Of a stretch of 58,008 nt of DNA, positions 17,355 to 26,817 are shown piece after piece. A program made the position numbers and the translations under genes. Source of the DNA: Wenzhouxiangella sp. Its GTDB lineage: Bacteria; Pseudomonadota; Gammaproteobacteria; Xanthomonadales; Wenzhouxiangellaceae. Below the pieces are notes generated by a model, which saw nothing but the letters and a program-made list of their open reading frames with translations, ran no database searches and was not told the DNA's origin. The stretch is taken from the NCBI GenBank assembly GCA_007123575.1, contig SKKV01000141.1, forward strand, positions 1 through 58,008, in the 5' to 3' direction. The first letter of the stretch is position 1, and every line of letters starts with the position of its first letter.

Positions 17355-19730
17355 TCAGAAATTGATCTGACCGGTCAGCGTGATGGTGCGCGGCGGACCG
17401 TAGAAGGCATTCATCACACCCTCCAAGCCAAGCGTAGAAGCTGAGCCATCGGGCGTTGCAAAGACATAACCCGAGACCTTGTACTCCTCATTGGCCAGGT
17501 TGCGGCCGTGCAAACCGATTTCATAGCGGTTGTCGGCACGTCGCCAGATCAGGCTCAGGTCATACAAGGAATAGGAGGGCTGGTCCAGGAATGCCGAGGG
17601 AATCTCGAACTGGTTGGTCTTGGAGCGGTATGACCAGGCGCCGATGATGGAAATATCCCCATCCTCGCCGAACCACTGCACCGGAAAGTCGTAACGCAGG
17701 TTGGCATGGGCGGTCCATTTCGGCGTGTTCTGAATGACACGCTGATCCGAAACATCCTCCAAGGCGGTCTCACCAGTCGCCGGATTGGCAACAGCGGTGA
17801 TGAACTCATCGTAGCCGGCATCAATGTAACCAATTGCGGTAGCCAGAGTGAGTCTATCGCCATCGGCCGCCATACTCTGCCCAAGGATCGCGTTCATCTC
17901 GAACTCAAAACCCTTGACCGTCGCCGCGCCAGCGTTGGTGGTTACCCCGGCAAAAGTATCGGCGATGCCGTCGCCGGTGGTGTCAGCACCGATCGAACCC
18001 GGCACCTGGATATCGGTGTAGTCGCTGTAGAAAAAGGCCAGGCTGGTGTTGACTCGACCATCCATCCAGCGCGACTTCAGGCCAATCTCATAGGAATCCA
18101 CCGTTTCCGGTCCGAAACGCATGAATTCAAAGACATCGTCTTCGGTCGGCGGATTGCCGCCCTGGCCGGGCGCCAGGGTGGTCAGACCACGCGGATCGAA
18201 ACCGCCGCCTTTGAAACCCTGCGAGTAGGAAACATACAGGTTCTGGTCCGGCGTCGGTTTCCAGGCCAGGCTGGCCCGCGGCGTGAACTGGGTATAGGTT
18301 TCCGAACCTTCGAAATCGGAAGTGGTTGCCAGAATAATCGGATCGCCGCCGAAGAACTCGGAAGCGCCCAGCATGGTCTGGCGAAGCACCTTGGAAGAGC
18401 GCTTGTCGCTGGTGTAGCGCCCGCCCAGTGAAAGCTCCAGATCAGTGTCGAGACCGAACCAGCCGGCCAGATCAAAACTGACATCGGCAAACAGTGACCA
18501 CGTATCGGTGTCCACGTCACCTTTGGTAAAGGCATTAAGCCCGGGCAAACCGATCAAATCACCGGTCTCGAACAGACGCACGTCGAATGGCCCGAAAGCA
18601 TTGGCATCCAGGTAGTAAAACCCAGCCACCCCGGCCACCCGGTCATAGGTGAAGTTGAACTGGAATTCCTGGCTGAACTGGTCGCTGTCATAAATCGTCG
18701 CCACGTCCACATCAACCGCCGGCAGGGCGTCGAAATCGATTTGCTGGATGTTCTCGTTTTCGCGATAGGCGGTAATGCTCTTGAACTGCCAATTCGGGTT
18801 GATATCCCATTCGACCAGCAGGCTGGCACCCCAGGCTTCGGTGTAGTTTTTTCCTTCCAGTCCGCCGCGCGAGTCGTAGACGTTGTCAAGAATGGGGGCG
18901 CCGGAGAACAGCCCCGGGATCAGACGATGACCGCCGACCGGGCTCGAATCATCCTTGAAGTAATCACCGGCCAGGCGAATGAAGAATTCATCAGCCGGTG
19001 ACCATTCGACGCTGGCCCTGGCGGCGAGCACGTCCTTGTCGTAGTTGTCCTTGCCTGTAGTCAGGTTGCTGCCGAAGCCGTCACGGTTCAAGGTTGCAAT
19101 GGCCGCGCCGATGGCCGCCGTATCCCCCATCGGCGTTTCACCGGAAACGATCAGATCGCGCTGTGAGAAGCTGCCCAGATTGCCGCGGATCCTTGCCGTC
19201 GGCTCCTGGCCCAGGCGCCGGGTGACGTATTTCACCGCACCCCCGATGGTATTGCGGCCGTATAGCGTGCCCTGGGGGCCGCGCAGCACCTCGATGCGCT
19301 CGACATCGTATATGTCCAGCACCGCACCCTGCGGACGGTTGAGGTAGACATCGTCAATATAAATGCCGACCCCGGCCTCGAAGCCGGCCACCGGATCCTG
19401 CTGGCCAACGCCGCGAATGAAAGCGGTCAACGTGTTGGTCGTACCGCGCGATACTTCCAGCGTGGTGTTCGGCACAACCTGCTTTAAGTAGGTGATGTCC
19501 TGTGCGCCGACATCGCCCAACGCCTGACCAGACAAAGTGGTTAGAGAAATGGGTACATCCAGCGCCGACTCCTCGCGCCGGCGGGCGGTCACGGTGATGA
19601 CATCAACCGGCACATTGTCCAGGTCAGCATCGACACCGGCGTCTTCAGCCTCGCCGGTCTGGGCGGCCAGCGTGCCTGATAACCCCAGGGCGATAGCCAG
19701 GCTCAAGGCAGAAAATCGTGCAGTCTTCAT
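17355..19730 (-). CDS. TonB-dependent receptor
   Basis: GGAG RBS, signal peptide, DVITVTARRREES TonB box, IEVLRGPQGTLYGRNTIGGA plug, C-terminal aromatic PRTITLTGQINF. Confidence 0.93.
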   Translation of the reverse strand: MKTARFSALSLAIALGLSGTLAAQTGEAEDAGVDADLDNVPVDVITVTARRREESALDVPISLTTLSGQALGDVGAQDITYLKQVVPNTTLEVSRGTTNTLTAFIRGVGQQDPVAGFEAGVGIYIDDVYLNRPQGAVLDIYDVERIEVLRGPQGTLYGRNTIGGAVKYVTRRLGQEPTARIRGNLGSFSQRDLIVSGETPMGDTAAIGAAIATLNRDGFGSNLTTGKDNYDKDVLAARASVEWSPADEFFIRLAGDYFKDDSSPVGGHRLIPGLFSGAPILDNVYDSRGGLEGKNYTEAWGASLLVEWDINPNWQFKSITAYRENENIQQIDFDALPAVDVDVATIYDSDQFSQEFQFNFTYDRVAGVAGFYYLDANAFGPFDVRLFETGDLIGLPGLNAFTKGDVDTDTWSLFADVSFDLAGWFGLDTDLELSLGGRYTSDKRSSKVLRQTMLGASEFFGGDPIILATTSDFEGSETYTQFTPRASLAWKPTPDQNLYVSYSQGFKGGGFDPRGLTTLAPGQGGNPPTEDDVFEFMRFGPETVDSYEIGLKSRWMDGRVNTSLAFFYSDYTDIQVPGSIGADTTGDGIADTFAGVTTNAGAATVKGFEFEMNAILGQSMAADGDRLTLATAIGYIDAGYDEFITAVANPATGETALEDVSDQRVIQNTPKWTAHANLRYDFPVQWFGEDGDISIIGAWSYRSKTNQFEIPSAFLDQPSYSLYDLSLIWRRADNRYEIGLHGRNLANEEYKVSGYVFATPDGSASTLGLEGVMNAFYGPPRTITLTGQINF

Positions 19731-19815
19731 ATGCGCTCCGTTTTTGAATGCTTTGCTTTTTAAGTGGGAGAGCCTCCCTCGTGACAACAAGAGTGAATCA
19801 GGCATCAGCCGATGT

Positions 19816-19836
19816 AACTTGTACCTTGGTACAGTT
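19816..19836. promoter_or_regulatory. Palindromic putative regulator binding site between divergent TBDR and permease
   Basis: aacTTGTACC-TT-GGTACAgtt; perfect 6-bp arms in the middle of the divergent intergenic region. Confidence 0.5.
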
Positions 19837-19900
19837 CCGCGCGAACGGGCGCGGCGGCGACCATGGGCTTCAGTTATCGACTCAATCCTGGTCACCACAG

Positions 19901-21214
19901 ATGCTCAGTCTTATCGGCTTGCTTGGCGCCCTGGCGCTGTTGATCTATCTCACCATGCGCGGGATGAGCCTGTTCGTGGCCACTCCCTTGTGTGCATTGA
20001 TCGTTGCACTGACTGCGGGGGTACCCCTTCTACCGCCCCTGGCCGGCGATGACGGGGTCAATCTGGTCACCCAGTACATGAATGGCTTTACCGGGTTTAT
20101 CGCTTCCTGGTTCTTCGTCTTCTTATTCGGTTCTTTGTTCGGCAAGCTGATGGAATCCTCCGGCGGCGCCGACAGTGTCTCGCGCTGGATCATCACCAGG
20201 CTGGGCACCGACCGGGCCGCCCTGGCCGTGGTCCTGGCCTGTGCGGTGCTGACCTACGGGGGCGTCAGCCTGTTCGTGGTGGCCTTCTCGGTCTACCCCA
20301 TGGCGCTAGCTTTGTTCCGCGGCGCCAATCTGCCGCGCCGCTTTATTCCGGCCACCCTGGCGTTTGGCTCGGTCACCTTCACCATGACCTCGGCCGGCTC
20401 ACCTGAAATACAAAACTGGATTCCGGTTGAACATCTGGGCACCAGCCCGTTGGCCGCCTGGGAAGCCAGCCTGGTCGTTGCGATTTTCATGGCTGTCAGC
20501 GGCTATATCTGGCTGCGCTGGATGCTGCGGCGGGCTGTGGCACGCGGCGAGTTTTTCGAAGCCCGTGCCGATGACCCCGAAGGTACTCGCGAAGACCTGC
20601 CCCACCCTGCCCTGTCCTTGATCCCGCTGGGCCTGGTGCTCGGCATTTCCTTTACCACCCACGACCAGCTCGGCACCTCGGCTTTGATCCTGGCACTGCT
20701 GGCCGGCTGCATTGGTGCGGCACTCATCAACGTGCGTCACCTGCATCAGCCGGGCGAGGCGCTGACCGAGGGTGGCACCGGCGCGCTGATTGCCATTGGC
20801 AATACTGCAGCGGTGGTTGGTTTCGGTACTGTGGCCCGCGTATCGCCAGCTTTTGACGCGGCCGTTATTTGGGTGACCGGCCTACCCGGCTCCGGCCTGG
20901 TATCGGCTGCGGTTGCCGTTTCAGCCATTGCCGCCATGACCGGGTCTGCCTCCGGTGGCCAGGCCATCGCCCTGCCCATTCTTGGCCCTCACTACATGGA
21001 TCAGGGTGTCGATCCGGACCAGCTTCACCGCGTGGTCGCCATTTCCTCCGGGGCGCTGGATTCACTGCCGCACAACGGCTACGTGGTAACCACCATTCGG
21101 GCGATCTGCAAGGAAACCCATGCCGCGGCCTACGCGCCGATGGGGGCGCTGACCGTCATCGTGCCACTGGCCGGCCTGATTCTATGCCTGGGATTGTTCG
21201 CCATTGGCCTGTAA
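19901..21214 (+). CDS. GntP-family H+/organic acid permease (3-hydroxybutyrate permease-like)
   Basis: Polytopic; FGKLMESSGGA, LTYGGVSLFVVAF, GSPEIQN, TGSASGG, LDSLPHNG motifs. Confidence 0.85.
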   Translation: MLSLIGLLGALALLIYLTMRGMSLFVATPLCALIVALTAGVPLLPPLAGDDGVNLVTQYMNGFTGFIASWFFVFLFGSLFGKLMESSGGADSVSRWIITRLGTDRAALAVVLACAVLTYGGVSLFVVAFSVYPMALALFRGANLPRRFIPATLAFGSVTFTMTSAGSPEIQNWIPVEHLGTSPLAAWEASLVVAIFMAVSGYIWLRWMLRRAVARGEFFEARADDPEGTREDLPHPALSLIPLGLVLGISFTTHDQLGTSALILALLAGCIGAALINVRHLHQPGEALTEGGTGALIAIGNTAAVVGFGTVARVSPAFDAAVIWVTGLPGSGLVSAAVAVSAIAAMTGSASGGQAIALPILGPHYMDQGVDPDQLHRVVAISSGALDSLPHNGYVVTTIRAICKETHAAAYAPMGALTVIVPLAGLILCLGLFAIGL

Positions 21215-21238
21215 TGTCCAAAGGGCCGGTCGTTTCGA

Positions 21239-22189
21239 TCAGTCTTCGATCTCAACGCTGCTCTGGCGGCGCCGGTTAACCTGCAGGCGCAGTACGTCCG
21301 GGCGGCTATAGTGCCCCGACGGATCGAAATTCTGACGAGCCCGGCGCACCTCGCGCGGGTCCAGATCGGCCATGAACAGACCTTCCTGATCAATCACGGG
21401 TTCGACCAACCAGCGGCCATCGGGCGCGGCGATGCAGGAACCGCCGTTGGCCCAGGGCATGTCGTCGGTGACCTGCAGCAAGCGCTCGGCATGGGGCAGA
21501 TCCTGCGGCCAGTCATCCCTGCGCATCAGGCCGCCCGCTGACAGAACGAAGCTGCGCCCTTCCAGGGCCATGAAGCGCGTGATGTCGCGGGTCAGGCGAT
21601 CGCTGCCGGGCCAGATTGCAATATGCAGATCCTCACCTTGCCCCTGCAAGCTGGCCCGGGCCAGCGGCATCCAGTTTTCCCAGCAGTTCAGTGCACCAAC
21701 GGTAAACGCGCCGACGGCGTGGGTGCGAAGGCCGTGGCCGTCGCCAGCGGCCCAGACCAGGCGCTCTTCATAGGTAGGCATGAGTTTGCGCTGGCAGGCG
21801 GCGATGGAACCGTCGGCAGCTATGCTGACCGCGCTGGCATACACGCTTTCACCGCGCTCGGCCGGGCGTTCCAGCAGGCCGAGCACCACGGTCATGGCGT
21901 TGCGCCGGGCCGCGCTGCAGACCTCGTCGAGGTCACCGCGCTCGACGCAAACCGCCTGGTCGACATAGTGGGCGAACAAGTCCTTTTGCAAGGCCGAATC
22001 AAAACGCGCGCCGTCTGTTCGATCAATCCAGAACGGGTATCCCGGCACCAGGCATTCGCCAAAGGCCAGCAGCTCCACCCCGGCCACGGCCGCCCGGTCG
22101 ATCTGTTCGATGACCCGGGCCAGGGTCAGGTCACGATTCAGCCAGACCGGCGCTATCTGGGCAGCGGCCACGCGCAGGCTGCCGGTCAC
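21239..22189 (-). CDS. Nitrilase (carbon-nitrogen hydrolase family)
   Basis: AAAQIAPVWL, FGE..VPGYP, RKLMPTYEER, NCWEN (Glu-Lys-Cys triad), DPSGHYSRPD; GTG start overlaps rimI stop. Confidence 0.9.
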   Translation of the reverse strand: MTGSLRVAAAQIAPVWLNRDLTLARVIEQIDRAAVAGVELLAFGECLVPGYPFWIDRTDGARFDSALQKDLFAHYVDQAVCVERGDLDEVCSAARRNAMTVVLGLLERPAERGESVYASAVSIAADGSIAACQRKLMPTYEERLVWAAGDGHGLRTHAVGAFTVGALNCWENWMPLARASLQGQGEDLHIAIWPGSDRLTRDITRFMALEGRSFVLSAGGLMRRDDWPQDLPHAERLLQVTDDMPWANGGSCIAAPDGRWLVEPVIDQEGLFMADLDPREVRRARQNFDPSGHYSRPDVLRLQVNRRRQSSVEIED

Positions 22190-22662
22190 GTCTCTTCCTC
22201 GTCGAGATGGCGCACCATGATGACCGCGTCCTCGCGGCCGTTTTCGTCCGGGTAGTAGCCAGGGCGACGGCCGATGACGCGAAAGCGGTTTGCCTTGTAG
22301 AGCTTGATCGCGCCTCGGTTGGAAGGGCGCACCTCCAGAAAAAGCCGGACCATGCCGGCGATCTTGGCCTCGCGAACAACATGATCCAGCAGGATTCTGG
22401 CCAGCCCCTGACGGCGATGAGCGGGGGCAACACAAAGGTTGAGCAGGTGACCCTCGTCGAGGGCAATCGAGGCCACGCTGTAGCCAGTGACCTGGTCACC
22501 GACCGAAAGCACCTGGCAGCGGTAGCCGACCCGCAGGCAGTCGGAGAAAATGCCGCGCGTCCAGGGAAAGGGGTAACTGGCCTTTTCAATCGCTTCAACC
22601 TGGTCAAGGTCGTGTCGAACCATCGTTCTAAGGACCAGTTCCGGGCGCAAGACCGCAGCCAT
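22186..22662 (-). CDS. rimI: Ribosomal protein S18 alanine N-acetyltransferase
   Basis: FPWTRGIFSDCL, EGHLLNLCV...RRQG, FLEVRPSN..AI.LY, RPGYY...REDAVIM. Confidence 0.93.
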   Translation of the reverse strand: MAAVLRPELVLRTMVRHDLDQVEAIEKASYPFPWTRGIFSDCLRVGYRCQVLSVGDQVTGYSVASIALDEGHLLNLCVAPAHRRQGLARILLDHVVREAKIAGMVRLFLEVRPSNRGAIKLYKANRFRVIGRRPGYYPDENGREDAVIMVRHLDEEET

Positions 22663-22664
22663 GT

Positions 22665-23114
22665 TCAGCGCTCGCCCAGCAGCGGTCGGATCTTGCGCCA
22701 AAGCGCCCGCTTCGCCTGCCAATCGGTAGTCAGCTCAACCAGACTGGGCGCTTCGATCAGACCCGGCCATTGCCCGTCCAGGGCCGGGCCGAATGACAAC
22801 ACGTGCGAAATCCCGCGTTCGGCCAGCTCAGCCGGGTCCTCGCCGGCGGGCGAAGCCACGGCCCACTGTCCAAAGCGACAGCGCGCCGGGCCGATGCAGG
22901 CGCGGATATCGTCGACAATGCTATTGGTCTCGCCGCCCCACGGCTGGCGCTGCACCAGCAGGCAGTCACCCTCGCCAGAGCTTAGACGTATCCGTCCTGT
23001 CGCTGAGTCGGCAGCCGCCGCGGCAACATCGGCGTCGGCTTGGCGACGCTCCCAGACCGAAATACCCATGACATCAAGCCGGGCCAGTGCGGCCGGATCA
23101 AGCCTGGTCATCAT
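22665..23114 (-). CDS. Hypothetical protein, possible divergent DNA polymerase III psi subunit
   Basis: N-terminal LDVMGISVWERR and C-terminal KRALWRKI resemble HolD termini; sits immediately upstream of rimI as holD does. Confidence 0.55.
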   Translation of the reverse strand: MMTRLDPAALARLDVMGISVWERRQADADVAAAAADSATGRIRLSSGEGDCLLVQRQPWGGETNSIVDDIRACIGPARCRFGQWAVASPAGEDPAELAERGISHVLSFGPALDGQWPGLIEAPSLVELTTDWQAKRALWRKIRPLLGER

Positions 23115-23883
23115 GCGCCTCGCGCCGACGCCGGCGACGCTGCAGATAGCGGCCACGAGCGGTCAGCACAATGCCCGAGGACACGTAAAGCAGGCCAATC
23201 GTGAACAGGACCGCAGGCGGGTCGACGGCCAACAGTACCAGCACTACCAGCAGCAGGAAAATCCAGGCAAACGGCACCCGGTCGCTGACCGGCCAGGCCT
23301 TGAAGCTGAAGTAGCGGACCCTGGAGACCATCAGCGTGCCGAGAATGACGGTCAAGACCAGGAGCGGCCAGGCCACCTGTTCGGGCGCGATATCACGGCT
23401 GACACAAAACCAGACGGTAGCGAGAATGGTGCCCGCCGCCGCCGGGCTGGCCAGGCCCTGGAAGTAGGCCTTGTCGGCTACTCCGGCCTGGGTATTGAAT
23501 CTGGCCAGGCGCAGGGCCGCGCAGGCGGAAAAGAAGAACGCCGCCAGCCAGCTCAAGGCCTCGGCCACGTTTTCCTGGCTGCCCAGGGTTTGCAAGGACC
23601 AGGTATAAACCAGTACGGCCGGGGCAATCCCGAACGAGACCATGTCCGACAGGCTGTCGTACTCGACGCCGAAATCTGACTGGGTGTTGGTCAAGCGGGC
23701 AACGCGACCGTCCACGCCATCAAGCAGGCCGGCGACGAGGATCGCGATGCAGGCCGCTACCGGCTGCTCACCAATCGCTGCCACGATAGCGTAGAAGCCA
23801 GCCATCAGGGCCAGCGTGGTCAATGCATTCGGCAGCAGGAAGGCCCCCCTGACCGGTCGCCGCTGGTTGGAATCATCTGCCAT
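23098..23883 (-). CDS. pssA: CDP-diacylglycerol--serine O-phosphatidyltransferase
   Basis: LLPNALT, DGVDGRVARLTNTQSDFGVEYDSLSDMVSFG CDP-alcohol phosphotransferase motif, LRLARFN. Confidence 0.92.
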   Translation of the reverse strand: MADDSNQRRPVRGAFLLPNALTTLALMAGFYAIVAAIGEQPVAACIAILVAGLLDGVDGRVARLTNTQSDFGVEYDSLSDMVSFGIAPAVLVYTWSLQTLGSQENVAEALSWLAAFFFSACAALRLARFNTQAGVADKAYFQGLASPAAAGTILATVWFCVSRDIAPEQVAWPLLVLTVILGTLMVSRVRYFSFKAWPVSDRVPFAWIFLLLVVLVLLAVDPPAVLFTIGLLYVSSGIVLTARGRYLQRRRRRREAHDDQA

Positions 23884-23988
23884 TGTTGTGACTGGCAACT
23901 CTGCTGGAATCGACCGCAAAGGATAGCACTTGCTCCAGGCTGCCGTTTGAGGCACAGTCATGCCTGGAGAACGCGCCAGGAATAGAGC

Positions 23989-24426
23989 ATGAACGGCTTA
24001 TCCAAAAAGATTGCTTTCATCGTGATTGCCTTGTCGGCGGCTGTGACCATGAGCGCTGCTGCCGAGGAAATCTACAAGTGGGTAGACGAGGAGGGGGTCA
24101 CCCATTTCGCCGCCCAGCCACCTGAAGGTGTGACCTACGAACGCATTAGCGGCACCAGCGCGCCGCCGGCCAGCCGCGCCCAGGAATCAGCACATGCCGA
24201 AGCGGAAGCGCCTCGCGGCGTGCCTAGGATGGAGGTCCGCGAAACCGGACCCGACGCCGAAGCCCTGGCCGAACAATGCGAACAGGCCCGCAACAACCTG
24301 GCCCTGCTGGCCGAGCGAGGACCGGTGATGCTGCGTGATGAAGACGGCAGCGAAACCGTGCTCGACATCGAGGCTCGGGATGCCTTTGCCGCAGAAAACC
24401 AGGCCTTTATCGACACGTGGTGCTGA
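23989..24426 (+). CDS. Exported DUF4124-like protein
   Basis: Signal peptide then IYKWVDEEGVTHF..QPP; C-terminal Cys pair. Confidence 0.8.
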   Translation: MNGLSKKIAFIVIALSAAVTMSAAAEEIYKWVDEEGVTHFAAQPPEGVTYERISGTSAPPASRAQESAHAEAEAPRGVPRMEVRETGPDAEALAEQCEQARNNLALLAERGPVMLRDEDGSETVLDIEARDAFAAENQAFIDTWC

Positions 24427-24505
24427 ACCTGTGCATGGGCAGCTAACCAGCGGGCATAGCTTGCTAAAATACCTGGCTACCTGAATCCACTCGCCCCAGG
24501 CTTCC

Positions 24506-26224
24506 ATGAAAACCTCTCAATTCCACCTCGTCACCCAGCGCGAGGTTCCTTCTGATGCGGAAATCGTTTCCCATCAGCTGATGTTGCGCGCCGGCATGAT
24601 CCGCAAGCTCACCTCCGGAATCTACACCTGGACGCCACTGGGCCTGCGCGTGCTGCGCAAGGTCGAGCAGGTGGTGCGCGAAGAAATGAATGCCGCCGGC
24701 TGCCTGGAAATGCTGATGCCGTCGGTTCAGCCGGCCGAGCTGTGGCAGGAAACCGGGCGCTGGGACGATTTCGGTCCGCTGCTATTGAAAATGGCCGACC
24801 GCGCCGGGCGCGAGTTTGCCTTCGGCCCGACCCACGAGGAAGTGATTACCGAGTTTGCCCGCGGCGAGGTGCGCTCTTACAAGCAGCTGCCGATCTGCTT
24901 CTACCAGATTCAGACCAAGTTCCGCGATGAAATCCGGCCGCGCTTCGGCGTGATGCGGGCCCGCGAGTTCCTGATGAAAGACGGCTACTCCTTCCATATC
25001 GACGACGACTGCCTGGGCCGTTTCTACCAGGTCATGTATACAACCTACAGCCGAATCTTTGAACGTCTGGAACTCAAGTTCAAGGCCGTGACCGCCGACT
25101 CTGGCGCCATTGGCGGCGCCGTCAGCCACGAGTTTCACGTCCTGGCCGACTCCGGCGAAGACCAGATTGCACACGTGCCCGACAGCAGCTACGCGGCCAA
25201 TGTCGAACAGGCCGAAGCGCTGGCCCGAGGGGAGCGCGCCGAGCCGACCGAGGAACTGCGCCTGGTCGATACCCCGAACGCGCGCACCATTGCCGACCTG
25301 GTCGAACAATTTGGCCAGCCGATCGAGAAAACCGTCAAGACCCTGGTCGTGGCCGCCAGCGAGGAAGTCGATGCCGACTTTATCGCCCTGCTGGTGCGCG
25401 GCGACCACGAACTCAACGCCGTCAAGGCCGAGAAACTGGCCCAGGTCGCCGCTCCGCTGCGCATGGCCAGCGAAGAAGAAATCCGCAAAGCCATCGGCGC
25501 CGGTCCTGGCAGCCTCGGCCCAATCAACTTACCCATTCCCTGCATCATCGACCGCCAGGTCGCGCTGATGAGCGACTTCTCGGCCGGCGCCAATACCGAC
25601 GGCAAGCACCATTTTGGAATCAACTGGGAACGCGACCTGGCCGAGCCCGAAATTGCCGATCTTCGTAACGTGGTCACAGGCGACCCGGCCGCCGACGGCT
25701 CCGGCCAGCTTGAGCTGATTCGCGGCATCGAGGTTGGGCACATTTTCCAGCTCGGGCGCAAGTACTCCGAGGCCATGAATGCCGTGGTCATGGATGAAAA
25801 CGGCCGCGGCATTCATCCGGCCATGGGCTGCTACGGCATCGGCGTGTCGCGCATCGTCGCCGCCGCGATCGAACAGAATCACGATGACAACGGCATCATC
25901 TGGCCCGAGCCGATGGCGCCTTTCGATGTCGTACTGCTGCCGCTCAATGCCAAGAAATCTCACCGGGTGCGCGAGCTTGCCGACAAGCTTTATGCCGAAC
26001 TGAATGCGGCCGGGCTGGAGGTGCTGATGGATGACCGTCCGCTGCGACCGGGCGTGATGTTCGCCGATGCCGAGCTGATCGGTATCCCACACCATCTGGT
26101 CATCGGCGATCGCGGCCTGGACAACGGCGTGGTCGAGTACCGGCGCCGTGGCGGCGAGAGCCAGGAAATCCCGATCGACCAGGTCAACACCTGGATGGTT
26201 CGAGTAAGACAGCCGACAAATTGA
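24506..26224 (+). CDS. proS: Proline--tRNA ligase
   Basis: [35 protein letters not shown], editing insert, [18 protein letters not shown]. Confidence 0.98.
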   Translation: MKTSQFHLVTQREVPSDAEIVSHQLMLRAGMIRKLTSGIYTWTPLGLRVLRKVEQVVREEMNAAGCLEMLMPSVQPAELWQETGRWDDFGPLLLKMADRAGREFAFGPTHEEVITEFARGEVRSYKQLPICFYQIQTKFRDEIRPRFGVMRAREFLMKDGYSFHIDDDCLGRFYQVMYTTYSRIFERLELKFKAVTADSGAIGGAVSHEFHVLADSGEDQIAHVPDSSYAANVEQAEALARGERAEPTEELRLVDTPNARTIADLVEQFGQPIEKTVKTLVVAASEEVDADFIALLVRGDHELNAVKAEKLAQVAAPLRMASEEEIRKAIGAGPGSLGPINLPIPCIIDRQVALMSDFSAGANTDGKHHFGINWERDLAEPEIADLRNVVTGDPAADGSGQLELIRGIEVGHIFQLGRKYSEAMNAVVMDENGRGIHPAMGCYGIGVSRIVAAAIEQNHDDNGIIWPEPMAPFDVVLLPLNAKKSHRVRELADKLYAELNAAGLEVLMDDRPLRPGVMFADAELIGIPHHLVIGDRGLDNGVVEYRRRGGESQEIPIDQVNTWMVRVRQPTN

Positions 26225-26241
26225 GGCGTTGTAGTCTGGCG

Positions 26242-26814
26242 GTGGAATCCAACGAGCAACATCAAGTCACCCAATTGCTGGCGCATCTGGGCAAAACGCC
26301 CGATGCGCTGGACCGCCTGGCACGGCTGGTCTACGACGACATCCATCGTCTCGCCCGGCACCAGCGCCAGGGGTTCAAGGGCGGCGAGACACTGCGCACC
26401 ACCGCCCTTGTTCACGAAGCCTTTCTCAAGGTTTTTCGCACTGATGACGCCACCATCCACGACCGCTCGCACCTGATGCGGGTAATGGCGCTGGCCATGC
26501 GCCAGATCATCGTCGACCATGCCCGCCGCCAACTTGCCGAAAAGCGCGGCGGCGATGCCGTTCATGTGGCCCTGGACGAGCAGCAGGTCAGCGATTCCCA
26601 GGTTGACGCCGAGCGTATCCTCGATATCGAGCAGGCCATCAAGCGCCTTGGCGAAACTGACAGCACCCTGGCCGACCTGGTTGCCGCCCGTTTCTACACG
26701 GGCCTAAGCACCGACGAGATTGCCGACATGCAAGGCGTATCACGCCGCACCATCCAGCGCCAGCTAAAGCGCGCCAACGTCTGGCTGCGCTTTGAGCTGC
26801 AGGGCGCGGTCTGA
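26242..26814 (+). CDS. ECF-type RNA polymerase sigma factor, Ser/Thr-kinase-associated type (ECF43/TIGR02999-like)
   Basis: VTQLL, L..LVY..I..LA, TLRTTALVHEAFLK, AMRQIIVDHAR...EKRGG, C-terminal HTH (GLSTDEIA..GVSRRTIQR); GTG start assumed. Confidence 0.9.
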   Translation: MESNEQHQVTQLLAHLGKTPDALDRLARLVYDDIHRLARHQRQGFKGGETLRTTALVHEAFLKVFRTDDATIHDRSHLMRVMALAMRQIIVDHARRQLAEKRGGDAVHVALDEQQVSDSQVDAERILDIEQAIKRLGETDSTLADLVAARFYTGLSTDEIADMQGVSRRTIQRQLKRANVWLRFELQGAV

Positions 26815-26817
26815 CGC

